Shown here: one piece after another, positions 40,262-52,175 of the stretch
How the letters are laid out: every line of letters starts with the position of its first letter
Numbering within the stretch: the stretch's first letter is position 1
Origin: Callorhinchus milii
Taxonomy: Eukaryota
NCBI RefSeq assembly: GCF_018977255.1
Contig: NW_024704742.1
Location: 109,742,001-109,806,000, forward strand
Length of the DNA stretch: 64,000 bases
Reading direction: 5' to 3'
The notes under the pieces: model-generated
What the model was told of the DNA's origin: nothing
Databases searched by the model: none
Seen by the model: the letters and a program-made list of their open reading frames with translations, nothing else
Position numbers and translations under genes: made by a program

Positions 40262-41260
40262 ACAAAAACAAAATTATATTTGTATAGGGTTTCATGTCGG
40301 GAGGACGTCCCAAGGCGTTGGACACTGAGTTTCGGACCGTGCTGGTGGTCGGGATTGGGGCGGGTAGAGGACAGGGGGTGAAGTAGGGTGATCGAAAGCA
40401 TGGTTGAAGAGGAGGGTCTTGAGATGGGTCTTGAAGGAGGCAAGGGAGGGGATGTGGTGGAGAGCCTGCGGAATGGAGTTCAGAGGGTGAGTGTGGGCGA
40501 GGTGGGGGACATGAAGCAGGCCAGAGTCCGCTGAGTGGAGGGAGCAGGCAAGATGGTAGGGGGTTAGGAGGTCGCAGAGGTAGTGGGGAGCAAGACCATG
40601 GAGGGCTCTCAAGGTGAGGGCCGGGATCTTGAACTGTATCCTCTGTGTGATGGGAAGCCAGTGAGGATGAGACTGATAGGGTCACAGAGTCTGCAGCCAT
40701 GTCCTCTCCCGCACCAGAGTTCTGGATGATTTGCAGCCTATGGAGGGAAGAGTTGGAGAGGCCGACGAGCAAGGAGTTTGCATAGTCAAGTCTCGATGTA
40801 AGAGAATATATGTGAGGGTTTCAGCGGCCTGCGGTGTGAGACAGTGGTGGAGCTGGGCGATGTTGCGGAAGTGGGGGAAGGCAGAGCAGGTCATGGTACG
40901 GATGTGGAGTAAAAAGGATAGTTGAGGGTCAAACATGATGCCAAGGTTCTGGACTGGCTTAGTGAGGTGGAGTGTGCAACCATGGATGGCGATGTTGTCA
41001 GTGCCTGAGGTGAGGAGATGCCGACGGGAGCCAATCAGGAGAGCCTCGGTTTTGTTGACGTTCAACTGAAGAAAGTTCTCATCCAGAACTTGATGTCTGA
41101 CGGACATTCTGTCAGGACAACAGTGGTCCTGGAGACAAGGGTGGAGGCATAGTGGTAGAGTTGGGTGTCATCCGCATGCATACATGTGGAAGTTGACCAC
41201 ATGTCTGCGGAGAATGTCACAAAGAGGGAGCATATAGATATTGAAGAGGAGGGGACCAAG
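40262..41260 (-). mobile_element. L2 LINE 3' 1 kb
   Basis: NFLQLNVNKTEALLIGS and ALHGLAPHYLCDLL. Same subfamily as 32080-34085. Confidence 0.92.
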
Positions 41261-42444
41261 ATTTCTATGGTTCTATAAAATGAATCATCTTCCAAAGGGT
41301 TCTGTGTTGCAGCTTCACCTGTGTACACTGATGATCTGGGCTAGCAAATTTACTCTTTGTAGTTTTAAACATTATTTTAACAACATTTACCAATCTCAGA
41401 CCAGAGTCCTCTGTGGGATTAAGCATTTCTGCGATATCTGAGAATTGTGGTCAGTTTTTTTAAAACAATCTGTTTGACATCTAACATATCCTTGAGGTAC
41501 ACATTTCCAGAAAGAGAATTGAATAATCTCTCTTCTGATAGCCACAATCCAAGTATAATACCCTACAATTCAAGTGAGATTCAAGTGAATGATGATAATT
41601 AATCTAAGTATCCTTGGGCTCTTTGTACGCCTGTTTGTTCAGGCTATTTTGCTTGTGTTGGATACTGAACACTAACGTTCTAATTGGATTGTCACTGGAC
41701 TTTGCCACTTCCACCTGGAAGGTGAATTCAGTGGATCTGAGAGTTTAAGACCTACTGGAGACTTAAAATGTTTTAGTGGCTGTATTTCAGCATAGGCAGG
41801 ATCCAGTTAATTGAAATTACTCTTATTTGAAGGATGTATATTCTAAACTATGGCATCTGGAGATCAATTTCTTGGCTACATTATAAAGCTGATAACTGAA
41901 GTGCTGATGATAAGTATGTTTTTTTCCAAACATCGTGCTGCAAGCTCATCTTCCTGCAAGCTTTGCTTAAAGAAGATTACGATGAGGTACTATCCTAGGT
42001 ATTTCAGTTCAAGAACGTGTATTGTTCATTCTTCGTGATGTTTTTAAATGGGATGTGCATCTATTTCTGAGTCAGTTATTACCAGATACCTTTGAAGCTT
42101 ACTTATTTTAGTAAAGGTATCTTACTACTTGTCTCAGCAAGGACTAGCTATTTGCATGTTTTGATGGTAGGACCTCATTGAATGAATGATCTAAAAGCAA
42201 TTAAATGGGGTAGTATGGGTTCATTAGAATGTTACCAGGTGTGATGGTTTCCAGTTATTGAGAACAAGTTCCTCTGGAGGCTATATTCAAAGCAATTATT
42301 AAAATATTATGCGTAAATTGTTGACCACTGTTGGTTTTTCACGTTGGTGGCACAAGTAATTCAGGCTGCTTTGCTCCAGTCTACCATGAGATATCACCCT
42401 TTGAACTTGATCTCTAGACTTTATTCTAAGGAACTCTGCCTTAC

Positions 42445-43015
42445 ATGCATTCATAACATCCAGGCTCGACTACGCAAACTTCCTTGTCGGCTTCCCCAAC
42501 TCTTCTCTCCATAGGCTGCAGATCATCCAGAATTCTGCAGCCTGTGTCCTCTCCCGCACAAGGCTCCGCAACCCGATCACCCCATCCTCGCCCGACTCCA
42601 CTGGCTTCCCATCACACAGAGGATACAGTTCAAGATCCTGGTCCTCACCTTCAAAGGCCTCCAGACCTTCTAACCCCGTACCAACCCATCTGCTCCCTCC
42701 ACTCAGCGGGCTCCGGCCTGCTTCACATCTCCTGTCTTACCCGCCCCACCATTGGCAGGCAGGCCTTCTGCCACTCTACCCCCACCCTCTGGAACTCCAG
42801 CCCACAGTCCCTCCGCCTCACCCCCTCGTCTCCTTCAATACCTGTCTTAAAAACCCTCCTCTTCGACTGTAGCTTTGGTCACCTTCCTTTCCCACCTGCT
42901 CTTCACCCTCCCAGATCCGGACCCCCAGCTTGTGTCCGAAAAACTGATTGTCCAGCACCTTAACATGTCCTCCCGTCTTGAAAGGCACTATTCAAATGTA
43001 ATTTTGCTGCTGTTA
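42445..43015 (+). mobile_element. L2 LINE 3' fragment
   Basis: TIGRQAFCHSTPTLWNS plus tail. Confidence 0.88.
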
Positions 43016-45159
43016 TTCCTGGTGGAGAGCCAAAAGTGAGTGCCAGAAAAGGCCTCATGTATCACATTGCTACAAATTTTACTAAAATACAATTCTTTAA
43101 AAAGAAGACTCGGGTAATCCCCTCTTCCTATGGGTTTTGTGTGGAGATTGAGCGTCTTTCCAAAAATGAGAAAGATTATGGATGTCAGTTTGACATTATA
43201 CTGTTTTGGAAGTAATATCAATTGACTTATTCTGCAGTGACTATCAAATAACTGCTCAGACAGTGTATCTCTCCTAGTCAGCTATGAAGTTGGTAATAAT
43301 AATCCTTGCATTTAATATAGTGCCTCATCGCGTTGTTGAGATGTCTCAAAGTGCTTCACAGAATACATTGTAGAGTGGAATGACTATTTTGTAGGTGAAG
43401 GGGTAAGGGTTAGGGTAAAGGATAGAGAACAAGAGAGTAGAAGTTTTTGAGCTTTAAATATGCTGGGATGGGACACCATTTAGTCCCTTGCTTAAAAGAC
43501 AATTAAGGATCAAAAGGGATGTTGAAAAATTGGCCAACAGAGATCAATGTTTGGAAGCGAAATTAATTGAGAAGGAGCAGCATATTAGTTTCCATCTTTG
43601 CATTATTATAAATTAGATTTTAAAATGTGTTTGATAATGTCTGTCTGAATCCCTTGTTTAAATTACAGTTTTGTTACTCAACGCTAAACAACTTAGGCCA
43701 TCTGATTTTTTATTATATATTCAGGATCAGAGTTTAGACATTTAGATCAATATCTTCACGTTTGTTCTTTGTTCTCAAGACCCTCCTCTTTGACCGTGCC
43801 ATCAGCTATACTCCCTGTCCCCCATCCTCCCTGATCCCAACCGCCTTGCTCGGGTCCAAATTCCTGATTGTCTAGCACCTTGGACATACTCCCGAAGTGA
43901 AAGGCGCAATACAAATGTAATTGTGAATTGTATTTACGAAGGTTGTATATAGAGGAGTTCATAAAAATGTTGAATCCAAAATGAATCTAGCTTTTCATGC
44001 CTTGACATGAAACACCTATTCTAACACATTGTATTTCATTCAGCTTTAATGATGAGAGTTGTGATAAAAGTCTGCTGAATGAAAAGGCATTTCAGCAATG
44101 GACAGACCTTGTAACTTAAATCTACAGGGTAGAGGAGCAAGACGTCCATGATAGGGAAATTGTATGCAGACAGGAAGGAGCGGGTGTGATGAGTTGATTG
44201 ATGAACTGTGGATTGAGTGGCCTTTTGTTTTTATAATGTTTTGATTGTTAGTTGAGAACTGAATATCTTGAACTATGAGTATTAGGAGGCTTTTTTTGTT
44301 TGTTGTCATACATGTCAATACTTTTTATGTATTGCAAAGTAATGTTTTAAGACAGTTATATAAAATGTATAAAGATTACAGCAAAGAAGGAAGTAATTCA
44401 ACCCACTATGCCAGTTGTGCTTTTCCCCCCACTGGTATACTTTATACAGTAGCTTGTCTTCAAATAGTAATTTTGCTTAGAATCACTTTGTAAAATTGTC
44501 AGTTTTCAAAATGATTGTGACTTTGCAATGGCATTTGCTATTCTTAAATAATTTGAGACCCTTTCTGTGTTTGTTGTGGTGTATATTCAGTAGAATATTA
44601 AGAAATGTATTAAATTGGAGCAAAGCAACTGCCACATAAAATAGTCTTCCAAAAATATTAACTTGTTTCCCAATTTTTCTGTTACTGTTTCTTATCAAGA
44701 ATCTCAAATTACTCAATTCTTCAACTTTTATACATAAGGACAAATTGATATTTGTTGGGCAAATGTTACTGAGGAAAATTCCTGTTTAAGAAATGTTGTG
44801 CCATTCTGTCGTAATTTTGCTCAGGTTATCTCCATTCACTAATAAACTGCCATTGTGAACAATATCCTGTTTTGACCAAAGCTTGGCCTACTGCCTATAT
44901 GCAACAGAATGTTTTTTTTTGCTAACAACTAATGTCAATCGCTAGCTTGTTGCAGTTAGATAGAGTAAATAGGTATGCAGTAGTTTTAGCATTTTGAACT
45001 TCTGAAAAGTTGGTCCATTTTCACTTTTGCGTAGTCAGCAACACTGTTTGCCATGGTTGACTCCTTTTTGCATTACGTGGGGCAGTCTTGATTGGTTCAA
45101 CCCCTCATTCTCATCTTTGGGTTCCAGCCTTTACTAGCAGCTGCAATTTTAAGATGTAG

Positions 45160-45512
45160 TAATAATAATCCTTGCATTTGATAAAGTGCCATTATCACTT
45201 TGTCAAAGATTTACTGTGTGTTTATCGGTGAACATGGCAGCCTATTTGCACACAGAAATATCCCCCAAACAGCAATGAAATGAATAACCAGTGCTATCTG
45301 GAGGATTGTTGGCCATGACACTGGGAGAAACTCCCTTCTCTTTTTGAGAAAGTGCCCCTATAACTTTAACACCTCACCCAAAGGATCATACCTATGACCT
45401 TTCAGGGCTCTCCCAGTACTACACTGGAGTGTCAGAATAGAACATGAGCTCAACATCCCAACTTGGGGCTCGAACCAACAAAATTCTGAGTGCTACCAAC
45501 TGAGCCAGGCTG
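45160..45512 (-). mobile_element. Old Deu-domain SINE
   Basis: Tail aataataatccttgcatttga. Head gtgctaccaactgagcca. Confidence 0.7.
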
Positions 45513-48500
45513 ATATCTACCTGATATCATAACTAATTAGTAATTCCTAAAATCCCTAAAAAAATATGCTTTGCAATTTGGCTAAGTCTCATGAATCCCT
45601 CGGCTTAAACAATTATTATGTAGATATGGTGTCATACAGCTTTCGTACCGACTCGAAATTTAGCAAACACCTTGACATCAGTCCTCTTGTTCAGCAATAG
45701 GCTATCCTAATAGTAGAGGTCTGATTCCTCTATTCTGTCTACAGATGTATTGTACAATCCATTTTTTGCCAGGACCCCTTGATGCCCTTTCAGCCTTTAG
45801 GAATTGAATGATTTTGGATGTCTTTCGTCTTCATAGCCACGATCTTTCATTGTATCCAAGCAAAAATGCTTTCCAGCAACTCACACCTGGGTGAAGAAAT
45901 CTTGATTCTCAGCTTTTCTTTCTTCTGACATCAACTCCCCCTCAGTACTCTGTTTGAATGAGATCAGTTGAGTTAAATGAAGAGCCAGATATGGCAAGGC
46001 GACCTTCAGAGCTTCCTGTTGGTATGCATTGATTTTAGGAGAAACTGCTTAGCAAAGCATGATTTGGGGGATTAGTAGTAATAACAGCATTTATATTCCA
46101 ACAAGCCTCAAATCTGCAAGCTGGTTATTCTGTCCATAAGAGGTTTGTTTATGGTTGCTGATGCCATAGTTGCAAGCATATCAGATGAAATATCCCAGCA
46201 ATTTTGTCTTGTTTCCAAATGCTACTGGAGCAACAACCGTTTTTATTGAGAGTTGTCCTTTCTTGGTTTTCAGGAATGACGGTTGGAGCATTTTCTTAAA
46301 CTGGGAATAGTTTTTTAAAAAAAATTAGGTAGTCTGTCAGGTAACTCAATCTAAAGAGATATTTGGTATGGGCTGGCTCTGAGATTATTGCAGACTGGCA
46401 CTTGTCAGAGAATACTGAGAAAATTGCAATCTGTGATGCATTAATTAACAGTAACACATCATTATAAATGCTGGTCAGTCTTTTTTTGCCAATTTGCTAT
46501 AAAGTGGCATCTAACTTTATTGACCAATGACAATGCCTTATTATGATGCCTTATTATATTATATAATATACTTGAAGTATTACCATATCACCTTGTCAAG
46601 TTTATCTGAGAATTTGGTTACCTCCTGCTGTAAAATGTGTTTTTCAAGGATTTTTCAGATGTGTCAAATGAAATGTCCATGTAATCTTTTTATTTCGAAA
46701 GCTGATACTATAATCAATGCTCTGTTTACCAGTCCATTAGTTCAGATTATATAAAGATGTCTTACTGATTCTCATCAGAGGAAATTTGTGCCTTTTTTGA
46801 TACTTACAAAAACACGGTTCTATATATTTGTGTTTATGCGAGCAACAGTAGGTAGTATCGAATAAATGGGGAAATGTTGTTACTAATATTATATTATTCT
46901 GATTTACTTTTTAAGCCATTATTTACCAAACCTGCCAATTCAAGTGACAATTATGCTGCCGAACTCGCACTGGCTAGATTATGCAGATGGTAAACAATTG
47001 GGGATTGGACTGCCAATATAATTTGTGAATTTTTTTTATGAATTATGTACATGCTATCTCATGATGTTTGAGCAAACTGAAAGTTGCCCCACACTATCTC
47101 TGTGACCTGCAATCCTACTGCTAGGTCGCTCCTTCTGCTAAGCAAACATTGGCTTTAGTTATTTCTACTGTCTGCAAGCTTTCAGCCATGCTCCCCCGCG
47201 CTCTGGAACTTCAGACCACAGTCCCTCTGCTTTGCCCTCTCCAATCCCACCTTAAAAAACATCCTTAAGACAAATCTTTTCAGCTGTGCTTCAAGTCACT
47301 TTCACCCCCTGCCCCACCCCCACACAGCTTCAGGCTTCCTGACATAAAAAGTGTTATCAAAATGTAAGCTATTGTTGCATATACCTTCCTTGTAGTTTGT
47401 AATGAGTGCTTTAATGTGATACTTGGGATTCTGTGTCAGTGGGAATCAGCTGAACAGTACTCCACCTATAGCCCATATAATGGGACTTGGAAACTGTGCA
47501 GGCAAAGTGAATTCACATTTGGTGACTGCATGCTATAATTTATAATTGATTCTAATGTGTATGTGAATTTTTCCAAGCACAACAGAGGCTTAAATACTAT
47601 TGCAACATTGACAACAACTTACATTTATATAGCACTCTTCATGCGGGGTAGCCTACCGGAATGCTTGAGATTACAACGATGAGAGCTAGTTGCAAGCAAC
47701 ATATACACATTGAGGAGTCTATTTCAGGAGATTCAAGAAAAATATCAATTTGAAACAATTATGCAACAACATTTATCTAGTGCTGTTCATAGTCTTGAAG
47801 CACTTAATAGTTGCGAAGCATGACGCTGAGTCGGGGGGAGGGAGGAGGCAATCACACTATAAGCCTTTAAATTATAGCCATTTAATGGTATTTTAAACCA
47901 TTATGTCACTAAGTATATTTCCTCTGCTAACAACAGAAAATAAATCTTAAATTTGAATGTATGTTCACTACTTTAAGTTAGAAAATTCATATATAAATTG
48001 TTGGATTTGTTCATCTCAGGATCTTGGCCAGACCCTCCATTTTGGATCTCTTGCCTGCAGTCCTGTACCTTGCAGCAAATCCCTGTATCATGACTTGTGC
48101 AGAGACATGTGATAGGTTAACTATCGTGTCTATCATTACACTTGATCTGGAGGCAGCACAGACACCAGAAGGGTTGTGAAGTGCTTTTGTAAATATATAA
48201 AAATAGGTTTTAGAGTTACAAAAAGATAATCCCTTGAGGGATTAGAGGAAGTGACATTTTTTTGTTATTACAAAAATGTCTGTGATTCCTTTTATGTAAA
48301 TTTTTAAAAATCTTTGGCAGCATTAGTTGTTTTTTGTATTATGATACTATATTGTACCTTGCAATTACTATATTGTGATTGAGTTCATGTGTATTGTATG
48401 ATGAAGTATATTTAACTTCCAGCTTTTCCCTTTAGTCAAGAAACGGGTACATTAGGGGAATGTCCTCAGTATTTATGAATCTGACAATATGTATTTTTTC

Positions 48501-48769
48501 TGTTCAGAAACATATTTTTATGAAGCTGCAAAAATAATTGGTGCATAACATTTTTTGACAATATATTTGTGTCAAGATTTGTGTTACAGATATTTAATTA
48601 ATTCCTTCCTTTTTTAAAAAAAAGTGTTGCAAGTCCTCATCTGACTACATCAGTTACGTAACATTATGCGAGGGAAAATTTGAAGAAACATAAAATTAGT
48701 ATTTTTAAAAATTCAACAGAATGATCTCATAGTCATTGAATCCTGTTTGCAAAAATGTATTAATTTCCA

Positions 48770-49070
48770 TTGTTATTAAAGTTATTAGATCAGTCATCCA
48801 CCCCCTAAGGTGATATTGACAGACTGCTTGATAGCATTAAATCAGGAAAATTTAAAAATGTGGAGTCAGGCTTGGTTGACAGGCTGTTTGAGCCTACTGC
48901 AACCCCTGTGCTAGCGAAGGGAAACAATGAGATGACAGCTCCAGTGTTTGGAGAGAGGTTGTTAACGACAGCTTATTCCTTTATGATTTCAACTCTTGAC
49001 AGAAGACAGGTCTGCTTGTTGCATCATGGCAGCTGTATCATTACCTTCTGGCCCTGTCAGGAATGAATAT
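48770..49070. promoter_or_regulatory. Candidate developmental enhancer (TGACAG cluster)
   Basis: Five TGACAG/CTGTCA sites in about 240 bp of non-repeat intron. Confidence 0.45.
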
Positions 49071-49959
49071 ATTTTAAAAAAATCAAAGTTGCTCTACTGG
49101 AAATCCAATTACCTTAAGGAATTTTCAACATCATTTTAGTCTTAAAAGTGTACAAACCTTTATCTATTAGCTATATACCTGGATTTTTTTTCCCAGTTAC
49201 ATACACATATGGTTAAAATTGGGGTGAATTCATAATGAGCTAATTAACCACTTAGCTTCTTCGTTTCTCTTGAATTGATTGGTATCAAGATGCATCTAGA
49301 TGTATGCTTTAGCTTGCTGCTACTTTGACATTGACCCAGCCAAAATATACTGGAGCTGCTTCTGTGTACGTGAGCAGAAAGGATGAGAATTGGAGGCATT
49401 TTGAGATCTCTTTCTCCCAATGGTGTCAGTGAAGTATGAGTGAAAATGAGTATTTGTTTGACAGTGGGAAGATGTACAGGACTCCCAGTTTTTTACAGTG
49501 TTTTTATAACAGTATTTTCCATAATCTAGGTAAAAACTCAAGTCAGCATTTAATGCTCATAATTTTTTTTCTGTTCATGGAATAATGAATTAAAGATTAT
49601 AGTTAGAACAGAGCCTGATTGGGTACTGTATGCAGTATATACTAGGTAGTTATGGGTAGTTAACAGCAGCTCTTGGGACTCGGTAGAAAAGGAGGAGGGG
49701 GTATGGGTTTCTGAAAGTGTGTCAAAAGCCTTGGGGTTTCTAGCTGACCAGAATTCCAATGCTGGTTAAAACTGGTTTAGATGCATACAAGAAAAATACA
49801 GGTTTCTCGTTTAATTGTTGTCAGTTTTTAGTCACTGTGATGGCTTTTTAACCGGCATGTCTCCAACTCTTTGTGGCATCTGTTGTGATCTATTCGTTAT
49901 CGTTTGCAAGTTGACTGCTGATCCGTTTCTCAATGTGTCACTTTTGTCTTTAAGATTGG

Positions 49960-50250
49960 CTGAAGTGGTCTGAATCACTGAATCAAAGCCGATAGGGGGA
50001 AAAACACCACTTTAGAATATGCAGGGTGAGATGCTCTGGGTAGAAGGTAACACTTTATGCAGTCATAATCAATGCACTTGACACTTTCAAAGGCACGAGA
50101 AGCCACGACTTGCTTTGGGGTTAAACTTTTTAAATGACTTCCCTGGGGAATGCTGCTGTCAATAAAATGCAATAATTAGTGGAGTATTCTGAAGTGTGTA
50201 TTACAATAAAAGCTTTACCAGATTGTGCAGTGCCAGTGAAACATGCCTGC
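49960..50250. promoter_or_regulatory. Candidate developmental enhancer (TCF/EBF/MEIS/HOX motifs)
   Basis: ATCAAAG, TTCAAAG, TCCCTGGGGA, CTGTCAATAAAA and TAATTA are clustered. Confidence 0.45.
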
Positions 50251-51552
50251 AATTCCTTTTTTTCCTAAATAACATGCGTTACATTTTACAAAAAATATTT
50301 CTTAACTAGTTGTTTGTCATGTTTTTCAGAGCTTATGAATCTGGCATTCAATTTTCAATGCCAGATTCAAAATACTTAAAATTTGCCAGATTCTACGAAA
50401 AAATATAATTGTTCAAGCCTACTGGTTTGTACGTGATCCAAGAATGATTTTACAAAAGAGTGACGAACGTACATTTTGAATTCAATTAAAGTTTAAAATG
50501 TCATTAAGAATTTTAAACTTTGATCCTCCATACGTTTCTTCTTAATACTGTACTGTGAATCTTTTTAAAACGTTGCCTTTCAAAACATGCAAAAAGCAAA
50601 AAAGGGGCATGAATGCCTTTTACTTAAAAATGTTACATTGAAACAAATAAAATATGATTTTGCTAAAATTAACAAATTACAATGTCAAAAATAATGACAG
50701 AGGTTTCCAGTAGGTCATTTGATGCTTTAGGCAGTGTCTTTTCCTTCGGGAAGCACTTATTTGGTTTCTCTTGCTTTCTGCCTGTGGCATTGTGTGGTGA
50801 AGGCCAGACTTGTTCTTCCCTTTGGAGAAATGACTGAGGCTGTAGATAACCTATACAAAATTAATAAATGGTGTTTCTTTTCATTATCACCCATCTTTTA
50901 CAATTTATTTCAGGTTGTCTTTTGGGAGCATGGAAACTACCTTATAAAATTGGATACTTTTCCTGCATTGGTTCAACGCAAGATTTGATTTGTGGATTGT
51001 TGTGTTTTTACATGAGAAGTTTTAGTTAAATACTTGAAATCGGTATGGTAATTCTTTTTGGAAAGATAGATACCTACTTTGCCCAAATAAGATGATCAGT
51101 GACCTGTTCCAAAATAAAGTGTATTTCAATTGTTTTCAGCGATAGCAAAACTTCACAGCTATATGAGTATTGATTATTACTTATGGTGACATATCTTGAC
51201 CACCCTTCAATCGATTCTTTTCAGTTTTGAGGCATATTTGAATATATTGTTACAGCATACAAGAAACTATTCATCAGACTTGTAAATCCACTTTACTGAT
51301 CAACTTACACAGAAGTGGAATCCTATTCAAACATGAGTATTTCATCACATGTCACTTCTCTTTTGGTAATCCTTGGTGTTCTTTTTAACTATATGGTCTA
51401 GCCAACCAAATTTAAAAATATGAGCCATATAAGTTCTTGTTCAATCTGCCCCAACTTTTTCTTTGATAATTTGCTCCTTTTTAGAAGGTGCTTAGATTTG
51501 CTGGGATTATATCTGTCTCGGGCTCCAGTGCCCTGCAGTACCTGATATAAGT

Positions 51553-51906
51553 AGTCCTGCAGCTTAGTGGTTAGAGCACTCGCCTTGCAAGCGAGAGGAC
51601 CGAGGTTCGATTCCCGGGCAGGGTGAAATGTTGGCAAGTTTCCGTACTCCACATACCTCTGTCCACCTACAATAAGTAGGAACCTGGTTATTAGTAGATT
51701 GGCGGATCGTTTTTCCGGGGGTAATAATCCCTTAAAAAAAATTGATTATTCAATCCACGACTGTTTGTGGGACACTGCTGTGCGCGATTGGCTGCCACAT
51801 TTTGCCTACAAAATATACAGTCAATTCACTTTACGGTGTATATTCTGTGAAACACTTTGAGAAGTCTCGAAAACATGATAAGGCAAATGCAAGAATCATT
51901 ATTATA
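51553..51906 (+). mobile_element. tRNA-Ala(TGC)-headed SINE, long subfamily
   Basis: A-box agcttagtgg, anticodon arm ctcgc-cttgcaa-gcgag, B-box ggttcgattcc, Deu-like core gtgggacactgctgtgcgcgattggctgcc, L2-like tail. Confidence 0.9.
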
Positions 51907-52175
51907 TAAATATCTATTTACATGCACATATAATATCTATTTACATGCACATATAAATTGTAAGTGTAAGGAGGCCAGTCAACCATGGAGGGCATCACAG
52001 CCAACCCTAACCCTAATTCCATATTGTTTTATAACTTTGGGATTGCCCACTGGACAACAATGGTCTTGTATATTTCTATTTTTTTTTAACATTCACTCTC
52101 CTGCACTTTTCAGTGAGAGTAACAGGAGCAGGAACCTTAGCTCCAGTTCTTTTCCATTCTCGTCTGTGAAGGCCA

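Noticed and set aside
350..43000. Many Pro/Ser- or Gly/Arg-rich ORFs in the track
   Set aside because: They are alternative or antisense frames of C-rich L2 copies.
51553..51625. tRNA-Ala gene (also at 52688 and 59605-59678)
   Set aside because: No proper acceptor stem, and it runs straight into a SINE body and tail.
51911..51956. Perfect 23-bp tandem repeat (tatctatttacatgcacatataa x2)
   Set aside because: Simple slippage duplication next to a SINE tail, with no sign of function.
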